A stretch of 64,000 nt of DNA from a candidate division WOR-3 bacterium (GCA_039802265.1 JBDRWI010000001.1:10921-74920), one strand, 5' to 3'; positions 1 to 9,745 are shown, counted from the stretch's first letter. Notes: a model not told the origin generated them from the letters alone. Numbers and translations: made by a program.

Positions 1-1239
1 ATGTATACTGACGGAGTCCTTGACGCATTCAGTGAACTCCAGAAACGATTTCATAATCAAAAATTGTTTATCGGACCCTGGGGACACGGCGATGCCTGGG
101 GTTCAAGATATCAGGGCGATCTGGTCTACCCACCCAATGCCGAATTGGATGAACTGAGCTTTATCGAAATGTTAATGGATTGGTACGATTACTGGCTAAA
201 TCAGGGTGGGGGACCAGTTCCTTCTCCAAAGGTAAAATTTTATTTGATGGGCGATTGCGATACACCCGATACCACAAACTGGAACCACTGGGTGGAGGCG
301 GACACCTGGCCATTGCCCCAAGCTGTTTATAAAAAATATTATCTAAAAGAAAACCATCTCCTTGATACAATTCCGCCCTCAATCTCGGCAATTGATACAT
401 TCATCTATGACCCGGCAAATCCCTGTACCACATATGGTGGTCGGGAATTTATCGGGCTTACCCATGGTTATGGACCGATTGACCAGCGCCCCATTGAAAA
501 TCGTTCAGATGTACTCATCTTCTCTACACCTCCATTATCAATGCCCCTCACCGTGATCGGAAAACTAAAATTCGTTCTGTATGCGGCTTCGAATTGCTAT
601 GACACTGACTGGACAGTACGAATAACCGATGTATATCCAGATGGTCGGTCAATTCTTGTCACTGATAATATTCTGATGGCACGCCACCGCCATGGATTTG
701 ACCGCGAGGATTCATTAATACCGGATGTCGTTGATACCTTCAATATTGACCTTTGGAGCACGGCGCTGGTATTTAATGCCGGCCATCGACTGAGGGTAAT
801 TATTTCCTCTTCTAATTACCCAAGATTTGAGAAAAATCCAAATACTGGTGCCCCTTTTCAAAGAAATGACCCCAATTTTATACCGGCAATTCAAAAGATT
901 TATCGCACCACAGATTATCCATCCCATCTATTACTTCCCATCATCCCTGAATCCAGTCCCGCAATAAGAGAGATTAGAACAGAACAACTCGGGGAAGTCC
1001 ATTTCTCTTTTCCAACTGTTTCTTCAAAACCGATAATCAACTTCACACTGAATACTCCCAATTATATTCAGGTTTTAATATACGATATATGTGGAAGAGT
1101 AGTATGGTCAAGCGACAAAAATTCTTACCCACCGGGTCGCTATCAAATAGTTCCTCCTCGCTTAAATAACGGAATATATTTTCTCAGGATAAAGACCACA
1201 AAGGAAAAATATTTAAAGAAAATAATCGTCATTCACTGA
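1..1239 (+). CDS. CocE/NonD (PepX-like) serine hydrolase, C-terminal part, with T9SS-type C-terminal sorting domain; likely truncated by the window edge
   Basis: IGPWGH motif; PepX_C-type segments DQRPIENRSDVLIFST, DTDWTVRITDVYPDG and GHRLRVIISSSNYPRF; tail IYDICGRVV...NGIYFLRI...KKIIVIH. Confidence 0.85.
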   Translation: MYTDGVLDAFSELQKRFHNQKLFIGPWGHGDAWGSRYQGDLVYPPNAELDELSFIEMLMDWYDYWLNQGGGPVPSPKVKFYLMGDCDTPDTTNWNHWVEADTWPLPQAVYKKYYLKENHLLDTIPPSISAIDTFIYDPANPCTTYGGREFIGLTHGYGPIDQRPIENRSDVLIFSTPPLSMPLTVIGKLKFVLYAASNCYDTDWTVRITDVYPDGRSILVTDNILMARHRHGFDREDSLIPDVVDTFNIDLWSTALVFNAGHRLRVIISSSNYPRFEKNPNTGAPFQRNDPNFIPAIQKIYRTTDYPSHLLLPIIPESSPAIREIRTEQLGEVHFSFPTVSSKPIINFTLNTPNYIQVLIYDICGRVVWSSDKNSYPPGRYQIVPPRLNNGIYFLRIKTTKEKYLKKIIVIH

Positions 1240-1278
1240 AAGGCTTCAGGACTGTTAACCCTTATAGCATCAGGGGCC

Positions 1279-1306
1279 TTGACGACCAGAAAAAAATCCA
1301 TATAAT
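1279..1306 (+). promoter_or_regulatory. sigma70-type promoter of the cyclase operon
   Basis: TTGACG-16 nt-TATAAT, ATG 8 nt downstream. Confidence 0.65.
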
Positions 1307-1314
1307 ATAAGGTT

Positions 1315-4300
1315 ATGAAATGTGTCATCTGTAATTCCGATAAAATCCCGCAAGCTGCCGAATTCTGTCCCAATTGTGGTACACAACTTAAAATTGAATC
1401 CACCAGAGATAAGGGCACCGAACGGCTAAAAATCCTTGGTGGTGAATCACGCTTCGTAACCCTGTTCTTTGTAGATTTTATTATTATGAACCCAGCGGAG
1501 GATAAAATAACCAAACAGAATATCATCTATCTGAGCGATTTGATGGAAAAAGTCGCTGCGATTGTCAAAAAATACGATGGAACGGTAAATCGAATAATGC
1601 CCGATTACCGACTTCTCATAATATTCGGAGCACCCAAAGTCCATACCGATGACCCGAATCGTGCCGTCCGGTGTGTATTAGAGATTAAGAAATATCTTTA
1701 TGAAAGAAGACGATTAGAAGCGCCAATCACCAGGTTTAATATAAAAATTGGAATCAATTCCGGCTGGATTTTTTTTGGATATGTCCTTGAAAATCCGCCA
1801 TTTTTGACTGTAATCGGTGATACGGTCAATATTGCAGCCCGTCTTGCTCAGATGAGTATGCCAGATCAAATCTTGATGAGCGAGAATACATATAATCTGC
1901 TGCCTGACTTGATTGTTGCTGAACACATCGGAATGACTTATGTAAGAGGTAGGTCCGGCTCTTTGGATGTCTATAATCTGATAGATATAAGATTTGAAAC
2001 TCTGCAGATGCCCAAATGCCCATTCTGGGGACGGAAGGAGGAAATGGCGCGATTGATTGCGCTTACCCAAAAAATCAAAGAGAATAGAATCAGCATTGGA
2101 ATCATTACCGGACAGATGGGCATTGGTAAGACACGGTTGAAAGAGGAATTTGAAAATTTTCTGAGAGCGGATGGTTCGTTCCGCTTCATTGAAAGCCACT
2201 GTACAGTAGAAATGCAGACCCCCTATTATCCATTTAAATTGTTATTTCGTGAGTATTTTAATTTGAAGGAAAGCGATAGCCGGGCAAATATCGCCGAGAA
2301 GATTGACCGCTTTGTCTCGGAAAACAACCTTGATCCACAGGAAATAAAGGGAATAAAACATCTCTTTCTAACCGACCTGCAGCGGTTGTGGGGTGAAAAT
2401 TTAATTTCAATCAATGAAGAGATATTTATCGCGGTTGGTAATCTGCTCAGATTTGAATGCAAAAAAAATCCCTTAGTAATTATCTTTGAAGAATTCAACC
2501 GCGCCGATTCAATGACGAAAAACCTTGTCGCATATTTAGCCGCGGAATTAGTTAATAACTCAATTATGTTTCTGCTGATCAATTACACCGGTGATTTATT
2601 CAAAAAAGACAACAATAATAATTTTGAAGAAATTAATCTCGGACCGCTGAGTAAAGAGACAATAGCCAATCTGGTAAATTATTATCTCACCGATGCCGAC
2701 CCCAATCTGATTGAATTTTTATATAAAACTACTGGCGGCAATCCACTATTCACCATTGAAACCATTAAAAATGTAAAACGAAGAAATATAATCAAAAAGG
2801 AAGCATCTGGAAGATGGTTATTGGACAGAGAGAAACACTTTACCTTTCTTGACGACCTCTACAGTGTGGTAATGTCGGGACTTGATGCACTGGCTCCAGA
2901 ATACCGCTTGATTATTGATTACGCCTCGGTCATCGGTTACAGCTTTAATTATCACATTCTTAAAGAAATATTAGAAGACGAAGAAAATCTATTAGAAAGA
3001 TTGAACTATCTAAAAAATGAAGATTACATCATTCAATTCAAAGATGATACAGACCCGATTTATATCTTTAGACACAACTTATTAAAAGATGCCGCATATA
3101 CCACACTGCCACTGAAAAAGAGAAAAGAATTACACCGCCGGGTGGCTGTTCTATTGGAAAAATCTTATTCTGAGCAACTTTCCGAATATTACGAGACTAT
3201 TGGATACCATTACCATGAAGCAGAAAATTATAAAAAAGCCGCTGAATACTTTAAAATGGCTGGTGACAAGGCAAAAAATCTCTATGCGATTGAACAGGCA
3301 ATAAATTTTTATAACAATGTGCTAAAAATAGGCCGCGAATATAAAGAACAGATATCGCCAAATTTATTAAGACAGACTGAATTAAATCTGACCGACATCT
3401 ATGAAATACTTGGTGATACCCAGAGAATGAAAGAAATTGCTGAAAGTGGACTCAGTGCAGCAGAAATAGAAAAAAACCAGAAAGAAATTCTTTTATTCAG
3501 CGAACGAAAGGCAATTTCACTTCTGATGTCCGGAGATTATAAGAGTGCTGAATCATTACTTCTTGAGTCGGTAGAAAACTGCCCAGCGGAATACGCCGAT
3601 GTCCTGACCCAATTATATTCAGACCTCGGATTACTTTATGCCGAAAAATATGAATATGAAAAGAGCATCCTGAATTATAACCTGACCTGGAACACCGCCC
3701 GGACCTACGGTATTAAAGAAGGGGAAATAAGATGCCTTTTGAATCTCTCCCAGTTACACACAAAGTTAGGTAATTATGAACTGGCATATGAATACTTGAA
3801 TTACGGTCTGGACGAACTCATAACTGAAGAAAATCTACGCCCGAAGGCACAGTATAAATATAATTTGGGAATTCTGGATTATCAGGTCTGGAATCTAAAC
3901 AAGGCGATAGAACAATTAACCGAGGCATTCAACATTGCCGAGCGGAGTAGCCATGAGATACAGATAAAGTCTGCCCTTGAACTTGCCCTTATTCATTCCC
4001 TGATGCAAAATTATGATGAGGCAGCAAGATTGGTTGAATATGTTGATAAAAAAATTACCCCCACAATCAGAGAGATTTTACTTTCCGAGATTAACCTCAA
4101 AAAGGCAATTTTTTACGAAAATAAAAAAGAGCGGGAACGGGTTGTCCCCTTTCTAACAAACGCCCTGAAATTAGCCCAGAAATATAATCAGCAAGAAACC
4201 ATTGTTCACTGTCTACTACTGAAGGCAGACATAGATGAAATCAAAGCGATTGAAAATTTAAAGTCGGCTCTGGAAATCGCTGAAACCCTGAAGTTATCAC

Positions 4301-4485
4301 CCCTGATCGGGCAGGTAATGTATAAACTTGCCTGTATGTATGTGAAAATGAATGAAAATGAGAAGGCACAATATTACGGCCGCAAGGCACTCCTAATTTA
4401 TAATGATATTAAAACAAAGTTAAAGGACATAAATCAAAATTATTATATCAACAGACCCGAATATGTAGCATTGCTTGAGATATAA
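1315..4485 (+). CDS. Zinc ribbon + class III nucleotide cyclase + STAND/AAA ATPase + TPR protein
   Basis: CxxC...CPNCG; cyclase motifs IFGAP...DDPNRAVRC, IGINSG and TVIGDTVNIAARL; Walker A GQMGIGKT; GGNPLF; YIFRHNLLKDAAY; C-terminal TPR-like helical repeats. Confidence 0.9.
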   Translation: MKCVICNSDKIPQAAEFCPNCGTQLKIESTRDKGTERLKILGGESRFVTLFFVDFIIMNPAEDKITKQNIIYLSDLMEKVAAIVKKYDGTVNRIMPDYRLLIIFGAPKVHTDDPNRAVRCVLEIKKYLYERRRLEAPITRFNIKIGINSGWIFFGYVLENPPFLTVIGDTVNIAARLAQMSMPDQILMSENTYNLLPDLIVAEHIGMTYVRGRSGSLDVYNLIDIRFETLQMPKCPFWGRKEEMARLIALTQKIKENRISIGIITGQMGIGKTRLKEEFENFLRADGSFRFIESHCTVEMQTPYYPFKLLFREYFNLKESDSRANIAEKIDRFVSENNLDPQEIKGIKHLFLTDLQRLWGENLISINEEIFIAVGNLLRFECKKNPLVIIFEEFNRADSMTKNLVAYLAAELVNNSIMFLLINYTGDLFKKDNNNNFEEINLGPLSKETIANLVNYYLTDADPNLIEFLYKTTGGNPLFTIETIKNVKRRNIIKKEASGRWLLDREKHFTFLDDLYSVVMSGLDALAPEYRLIIDYASVIGYSFNYHILKEILEDEENLLERLNYLKNEDYIIQFKDDTDPIYIFRHNLLKDAAYTTLPLKKRKELHRRVAVLLEKSYSEQLSEYYETIGYHYHEAENYKKAAEYFKMAGDKAKNLYAIEQAINFYNNVLKIGREYKEQISPNLLRQTELNLTDIYEILGDTQRMKEIAESGLSAAEIEKNQKEILLFSERKAISLLMSGDYKSAESLLLESVENCPAEYADVLTQLYSDLGLLYAEKYEYEKSILNYNLTWNTARTYGIKEGEIRCLLNLSQLHTKLGNYELAYEYLNYGLDELITEENLRPKAQYKYNLGILDYQVWNLNKAIEQLTEAFNIAERSSHEIQIKSALELALIHSLMQNYDEAARLVEYVDKKITPTIREILLSEINLKKAIFYENKKERERVVPFLTNALKLAQKYNQQETIVHCLLLKADIDEIKAIENLKSALEIAETLKLSPLIGQVMYKLACMYVKMNENEKAQYYGRKALLIYNDIKTKLKDINQNYYINRPEYVALLEI

Positions 4486-4490
4486 CGATT

Positions 4491-5129
4491 ATGAAGTGTG
4501 TTAATTGTAATCAGCCAATTTCCGAAATATTTAATTACTGCCCCTATTGTGGGGCATTACTTCAAGAACAAAAAGGTCTACCTCTGGAAGATATAAATCT
4601 GGCATTTATTCGCGCCGACCTCTCAGGCTTTACCGGTCTCAGCGAAAAAATGGAATCTGAGGATGTTATGAATCTGTTGAATGGCATATTCGGCGAATTT
4701 CAGAAGATAATTAACTCTTACCAGGGCATTATCTACCAGGTTATCGGTGACGAAATCGTTGCCGTCTTCGGTTTAAAAAGGGGTGTGACTTTTTCCTTCC
4801 ATATGGCAATTCTTGCTGCTGAGGATATATTCAAAAAATTGAATGAGTTTAATAAAACCGGAAAGTTTGAAAGACCTATCGGATTAAAGGTCGGGGCAGA
4901 AGCAGACACTGCCTCAGTATATAAAACACATGGTGGACTTCAGACAGCGCTAATCATAACCGATGGTTTTAAAAAGAGTCTGATTTTACAGAAGAATGCC
5001 GAAGACAACACCCTTTTAGTTGGTGAGAATCTATATCAGGCGACGAAATCCTTTTTTGAATTCATTCCCTATGGCGAACTGGTTGAAGATTCTCTGTCCA
5101 TAAAGGCATATAAGTTTCTCTTAAGATAA
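4491..5129 (+). CDS. Zinc ribbon + class III nucleotide cyclase domain protein (keeps the metal-binding Asp residues, lacks the NxxxR motif)
   Basis: CVNC...CPYCG; RADLSGFTGLSE; YQVIGDEIVAVFG. Confidence 0.8.
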   Translation: MKCVNCNQPISEIFNYCPYCGALLQEQKGLPLEDINLAFIRADLSGFTGLSEKMESEDVMNLLNGIFGEFQKIINSYQGIIYQVIGDEIVAVFGLKRGVTFSFHMAILAAEDIFKKLNEFNKTGKFERPIGLKVGAEADTASVYKTHGGLQTALIITDGFKKSLILQKNAEDNTLLVGENLYQATKSFFEFIPYGELVEDSLSIKAYKFLLR

Positions 5130-5134
5130 ATCCC

Positions 5135-7312
5135 ATGGAAACATCAGCACACCCTGAATTTTATCACGAATTCATAAAGCAGATCGGACTGGGTATAAAT
5201 ATCTCAAGGATCTATCCGAAGGGGCATCCTTCCCTGGAACCAGTAGTCCAAAGACTCAAGATATTGCTAAAAGAACTACCCTTAGAAAAGGAATCTATTT
5301 CCATTGTTGTAATCGAAGATATTCTGATGATAGAAGACAATAGATTTGAAGCCAAAAAATTGCCAATCGTGAAGAGTCTGGTTGATCGCTTTACACAACT
5401 GGGTATCAAGAGTATTACCTTTGATGTCGATGCCACCGATGAGGATATAAAGGGATTCTTCCTTGCCATGGCATCAACCCCCGCCGAGATTTCGGATTAC
5501 GGTGATATTGTCTCATTGTTGAGAACAAAGGGAGTATTGAAGGTTAAACTGAATAAATACCGGGTGGGTGTATTCTCTTCGGAGGAAGAGGTAAAGGAAA
5601 TCAACTGGACCAACTTTCTTGAGTCAATTGCCCTTTCTCAAGAAAGCCAGAGTGAAGAAGAACGAATAAAACAGTTGGGCAGTTTTCTCGCCGGCGTCGG
5701 TGTTATCGGAAGTGAACCGGTTGAAACACAGACGAGTAAAGTAATCGGCGGGCTCGAAAAGATTGCCTTGATGATTGCCGACCAGTATGGTGAAGAAAGA
5801 TGGAATGAATATTCAATCATCTTTTCAAGAATCCTGGCAGTGCTTTCGCCCACCATCAAAAAGAATATCTTGAAGTATAAAACTGAAAACAAAAAACTTG
5901 CCACTCTTTTCAAGAGCCTCATACCCACGATGTCGGATGAAGATATTATTGATATAATCGCAACCAAGGCTAAGGAAAAGAAGGATACAAGCGAGGATGA
6001 AATCATTGATATTTTAAAGAATGTTGCTGGTACCAGACTTCCCAGTATCCTCTCAACGGTGAGGGCCAACTTCCCCGAATTAAATTTTGAAAAAATTGTT
6101 TCACAACTTATGGCCGAACTGAAGACCATCAAAGGGACTGAGGTTGCCGATAAGTTTATGAGTAAGAATCTGGAAGCCGAAATGAGAAGTTTCTTCCCCC
6201 AACTAAGAGAAGCAGCCCCCGAAGAAAGGGTTAAGGCAATTGAAGGACTTTTGGCTTTCAGTAAAAAGTTATTTGATGCCAAAGATTATGAACTACTCCG
6301 CCTCCTCATTGACCGCCTCGATTCAATGTCCGATACAGAGGAAAATATCACCGTCTTTAAAAAAATTATGGAGGCAATTAAATTATTATATCTCAAATCA
6401 GAAGAATTAGGATTTGCTGATATCATTCAGTTTATTTCCAAAAAATTCTCACGGCATTTAATTCGTAAGGAAAAAGTCTTTCTTGATAAAAAGAATGTTG
6501 TTATCAAGATAATCGGCGATATAAGGGACCAGAACTACCTTGCCGAATTAGTATCTTTACTTTGGGACCCGGGAACCTTTGTTGAAGCACGCGAGGCACT
6601 GATTGCAATGTCAGACTTCTCACTGCCCATTTTGATTGACACCTTAAAAGAGACCGAGGATAAGAGTGTAAGATTAAAGATAATTGATGTGATACTCCGA
6701 ATTGGAGAAAAGGCAATACCCCAAACTCTTAAACTTCTCTCCAGCGATGATTGGTTTGTTAAAAGAAATGGTTTATTTATCCTCGGTGAACTCAAGGCAA
6801 AAGATGCGGTGGATGAGATTGGTAGGTTGTTAGACAGCAAAGAAGAACAGGTACAGATTGAAGTCCTTACCACCCTCAGCAAGATAGGCACGGAAAAAAC
6901 CAAGGAATATATAAAAAAGGGACTGGATAGCCAATTTCCTCAGGTTGTAATTGCTGCAATGAAAAATTTAACTAAAGAAGATGTAAAACCAAAATTACCC
7001 CAAATAATTCAACTATTAAAGCGGCGAAAAGGAACTCCCGATGAAAAAGAAGAAGCACTTAGAATTGGTCTAATTAATTTACTCGGAGAATTGGGTGATG
7101 ATTCGGTCGTTGATAGGCTGATTGAAATATTAGATGAAAAGATATTATTTAAGAACGAATTGCTTTTACCCACCAAGGAGGCAGTTTTACGTGCCCTTGC
7201 CCAGATCAAAACTGATAAGGCATTAAGTGCGTTGAAACAGGCAACAAACCATCGGGATGCCTTTGTCGCTACAACTGCCCGGGAGATTCTCAAGAGAATC
7301 AAACCGGGATAA
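5135..7312 (+). CDS. HEAT/PBS-lyase repeat protein with N-terminal YPxGHP domain
   Basis: C-terminal HEAT repeats (DWFVKRNGLFILGEL, EQVQIEVLTTLSKIG, EAVLRALAQIK); 5 nt after the upstream gene. Confidence 0.8.
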   Translation: METSAHPEFYHEFIKQIGLGINISRIYPKGHPSLEPVVQRLKILLKELPLEKESISIVVIEDILMIEDNRFEAKKLPIVKSLVDRFTQLGIKSITFDVDATDEDIKGFFLAMASTPAEISDYGDIVSLLRTKGVLKVKLNKYRVGVFSSEEEVKEINWTNFLESIALSQESQSEEERIKQLGSFLAGVGVIGSEPVETQTSKVIGGLEKIALMIADQYGEERWNEYSIIFSRILAVLSPTIKKNILKYKTENKKLATLFKSLIPTMSDEDIIDIIATKAKEKKDTSEDEIIDILKNVAGTRLPSILSTVRANFPELNFEKIVSQLMAELKTIKGTEVADKFMSKNLEAEMRSFFPQLREAAPEERVKAIEGLLAFSKKLFDAKDYELLRLLIDRLDSMSDTEENITVFKKIMEAIKLLYLKSEELGFADIIQFISKKFSRHLIRKEKVFLDKKNVVIKIIGDIRDQNYLAELVSLLWDPGTFVEAREALIAMSDFSLPILIDTLKETEDKSVRLKIIDVILRIGEKAIPQTLKLLSSDDWFVKRNGLFILGELKAKDAVDEIGRLLDSKEEQVQIEVLTTLSKIGTEKTKEYIKKGLDSQFPQVVIAAMKNLTKEDVKPKLPQIIQLLKRRKGTPDEKEEALRIGLINLLGELGDDSVVDRLIEILDEKILFKNELLLPTKEAVLRALAQIKTDKALSALKQATNHRDAFVATTAREILKRIKPG

Positions 7313-7374
7313 GACATATAGTTTTTCCAAAAAAATTTGCCTTCACACCATGAAGTATTTCTCTCTCCCCTTTT

Positions 7375-7410
7375 AAAAAACCCGGCCGCGGCCCGAAGGC
7401 CACGACCGGG
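7375..7410 (-). terminator. Rho-independent terminator, minus-strand specific
   Basis: Minus strand CCCGGTCGTGGCC-TTCG-GGCCGCGGCCGGG-TTTTTT: 13-bp stem with two G-U pairs that exist only on this strand, cUUCGg loop, U6 tail. Confidence 0.85.
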
Positions 7411-7451
7411 AGGGGAAAGATGTCTAATAATTAGACAACAGATAAGTTAAT
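7375..7451 (-). ncRNA. Candidate small RNA (~75 nt)
   Basis: TTGACA-16-TATAAT on the minus strand (7485-7458), no ORF, 8-bp hairpin, CCCCUCC tract, then a terminator. Confidence 0.5.
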
Positions 7452-7457
7452 AAGTTT

Positions 7458-7528
7458 ATTATAATTAAAAATTGAATAATGTCAACGTTATTAAAATAGT
7501 TGACATTTAACTTATTTTGATTTATAAT
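7458..7528. promoter_or_regulatory. Back-to-back consensus sigma70 promoters
   Basis: Minus: TTGACA(7485-7480)-16-TATAAT(7463-7458). Plus: TTGACA(7500-7505)-17-TATAAT(7523-7528). Confidence 0.75.
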
Positions 7529-7546
7529 TTCACAAGGAGCCTGAAT

Positions 7547-7699
7547 ATGAAGATTATTCTGATAATTATAATCCTGGCGGTACTTGCTTGGATTATTACC
7601 TTAGTAATCCAGTCGGCAGAAAAAAAGAGAAGGGAAGAGTATATAAAACAGAAAATGGAAGAAAAGAAAAAGGAAGAAGAAAGGAGTTTTAGACCTTAA
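7547..7699 (+). CDS. Small single-TM membrane protein (50 aa) with highly charged C-terminus
   Basis: Consensus promoter; AAGGAG SD before ATG 7547; hydrophobic MKIILIIIILAVLAWIITLVI followed by a K/E/R-rich helix. Confidence 0.7.
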   Translation: MKIILIIIILAVLAWIITLVIQSAEKKRREEYIKQKMEEKKKEEERSFRP

Positions 7700-8552
7700 G
7701 ATAGGCAATCAATTTATTCATATCATCAGGAATGGGTACGGAAAACTCTATCCATTTTTTAGTTTCTGGATGCAGCAAACCTATTTCTGATGAATGAAGC
7801 ATCTGTCTGGGAAAGAAGATTTGTCTTTCCAAACTTTTCCAGTATTTCTTATCTCCAACAATCGGATATCCGAGTTGAGCCATTTGAATTCTTATTTGAT
7901 GGGTTCTTCCAGTTATTGGGAAAAATTCTAACAGAGTAGCATCTTTGAATTTTTCAACTACCCGATACCTTGTCGCAGCATACTCTTTCTTTCCTAACTT
8001 TCCTCTTAAAATTTCTGATTTTTTTTCAATCACACCATTAACAATACCTATGTATTTCTTTTTTATAACTTGCCTTTTAAATTGCTCAATTAGATATTTT
8101 TTACTAATTCCATCTTTTGCAAAGATAACCACCCCGCTTGTCTCACGGTCAAGACGGTGCACTGGATAGACAATTTTTCCATTTTCTGATAATCTTTCTT
8201 CAATGGACCTTCCCGATTCAGAAGATTCTTTATTCGTAAGGATAAATGGGGGTTTATTAACTACAATGAGATTACGGTCTTCATAAACTATTTCAATATA
8301 GCTAAGTTGCTTTAAATATTCAGTTCGGTCAATTAAAATGATAGAATCTCGGGTGCGAACCCTCTTGGAAGGAAATGTTATCTGACTTCCGTTAAGCAGA
8401 ACAAATCCCCATTCTATAAGACTTCGCGCCTCCTTCCTTGATATCTCAGCAATTACCCCCAGGACATAATCAATTCGCCTTGAATTTAGTTTATCAGGGA
8501 CATCGTATTTTTTATAAGAAAATAAAGAGTTAATAAAATGCCCGAAATTCAC
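7689..8552 (-). CDS. RluA/RluD family 23S rRNA pseudouridine synthase
   Basis: S4-like N-terminus, VVNKP, HRLDRETSG, TGRTHQIR, PIVGD. Confidence 0.95.
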   Translation of the reverse strand: MNFGHFINSLFSYKKYDVPDKLNSRRIDYVLGVIAEISRKEARSLIEWGFVLLNGSQITFPSKRVRTRDSIILIDRTEYLKQLSYIEIVYEDRNLIVVNKPPFILTNKESSESGRSIEERLSENGKIVYPVHRLDRETSGVVIFAKDGISKKYLIEQFKRQVIKKKYIGIVNGVIEKKSEILRGKLGKKEYAATRYRVVEKFKDATLLEFFPITGRTHQIRIQMAQLGYPIVGDKKYWKSLERQIFFPRQMLHSSEIGLLHPETKKWIEFSVPIPDDMNKLIAYLKV

Positions 8553-8638
8553 TTCTTTATTTTATGTAAATCGACTGATTAGTCAATACCGATTTATTGG
8601 AATATTGATTTTTTAAGCATTTTTTTATAATATTATAG

Positions 8639-9745
8639 ATGAACCGATTTTACGAAACCCAGACCTTATTATTTTTACTCCTTTTAACAAATTGCCTTCC
8701 ATACATCGCAAAGAGAGAAAGAATTAAACAAATACGCATTGCTATCCTGAGTGGGATTGATTCGGTTGTAGTAACTGGAATTAACCAGAAAGAATTCCTC
8801 CAAGATTATAAAATTTCAGTCAGTGATTCACTTCCTTTGTTCTTAAAAACAAAGGAAGGAAGGGTGATGGTGAATGGTAAACCATACCGCGGGAATCTTG
8901 AAATTAAAAATATAAATAATAAAATCTGGGTAATCAATGTAGTAGATATTGAAGACTATCTTAAAGGTGTTGTTCCCTGTGAAATTGGCAGGATAACAAA
9001 AGACTTGATGGAAGCAGCGAAGGCCCAAGCAATTGCTGCAAGAACCTATGCCTATAGTCATATAAACCAATATGCTCAATTGGGCTTTGACTTATATGCC
9101 ACAACCCGGGACCAGCTCTATGGCGGAATAAATGCCGAGGATGAATTGATTAGTACGGCAATTAAAAAAACCAGCGGATTTATTTTAACCTATCATGGAC
9201 AACCAATCCAGGCAAAATATCATTCTACCTGCGGTGGCAGGACCGCTGACTTCAATGATGCCTGGAGGGGCATCGGACCTCCTTACTTAAAAAGCGTAGT
9301 ATGTGAATTTTGTCAGATTAGCCCCCACTACTACTGGGAGAAGAGAATGCACAAAGATGATTTCTTGAAAAATTTAAAGATAAATCTGCAGAAAATTGGA
9401 ATCAAAATATCAGAAAAAGAGATAATCAGGGGATTCCGTTTCAAAAGAAATCCCAAAAGTGGACGGGTTATAAGTACAATCGTCCTGACCGATTCAGGCG
9501 AATATAAGGTTGACCTTTATAATATCCGGACCCTCTTTGGTACACCCGATGACCCAAATGGACTGTTGAAATCTAATTATTTCAGTCTTGAGGTGCAGAA
9601 TGATAGTATTATCATTAAAGGCAGAGGCTACGGACATGGTGTAGGCATGTGTCAGTTCGGAGCAATTGGTATGGCAAAAAGGGGAAAGAATTATAAAGAA
9701 ATTCTAATGCATTATTATCCTAACACAAAACTGGAGAGACATTAG
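8639..9745 (+). CDS. SpoIID/LytB domain lytic transglycosylase-like lipoprotein
   Basis: EDYLKGVVPCE, AKAQAIAARTYA, YHSTCGG, GYGHGVGMCQFGA; lipobox-like LLTNC. Confidence 0.92.
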   Translation: MNRFYETQTLLFLLLLTNCLPYIAKRERIKQIRIAILSGIDSVVVTGINQKEFLQDYKISVSDSLPLFLKTKEGRVMVNGKPYRGNLEIKNINNKIWVINVVDIEDYLKGVVPCEIGRITKDLMEAAKAQAIAARTYAYSHINQYAQLGFDLYATTRDQLYGGINAEDELISTAIKKTSGFILTYHGQPIQAKYHSTCGGRTADFNDAWRGIGPPYLKSVVCEFCQISPHYYWEKRMHKDDFLKNLKINLQKIGIKISEKEIIRGFRFKRNPKSGRVISTIVLTDSGEYKVDLYNIRTLFGTPDDPNGLLKSNYFSLEVQNDSIIIKGRGYGHGVGMCQFGAIGMAKRGKNYKEILMHYYPNTKLERH

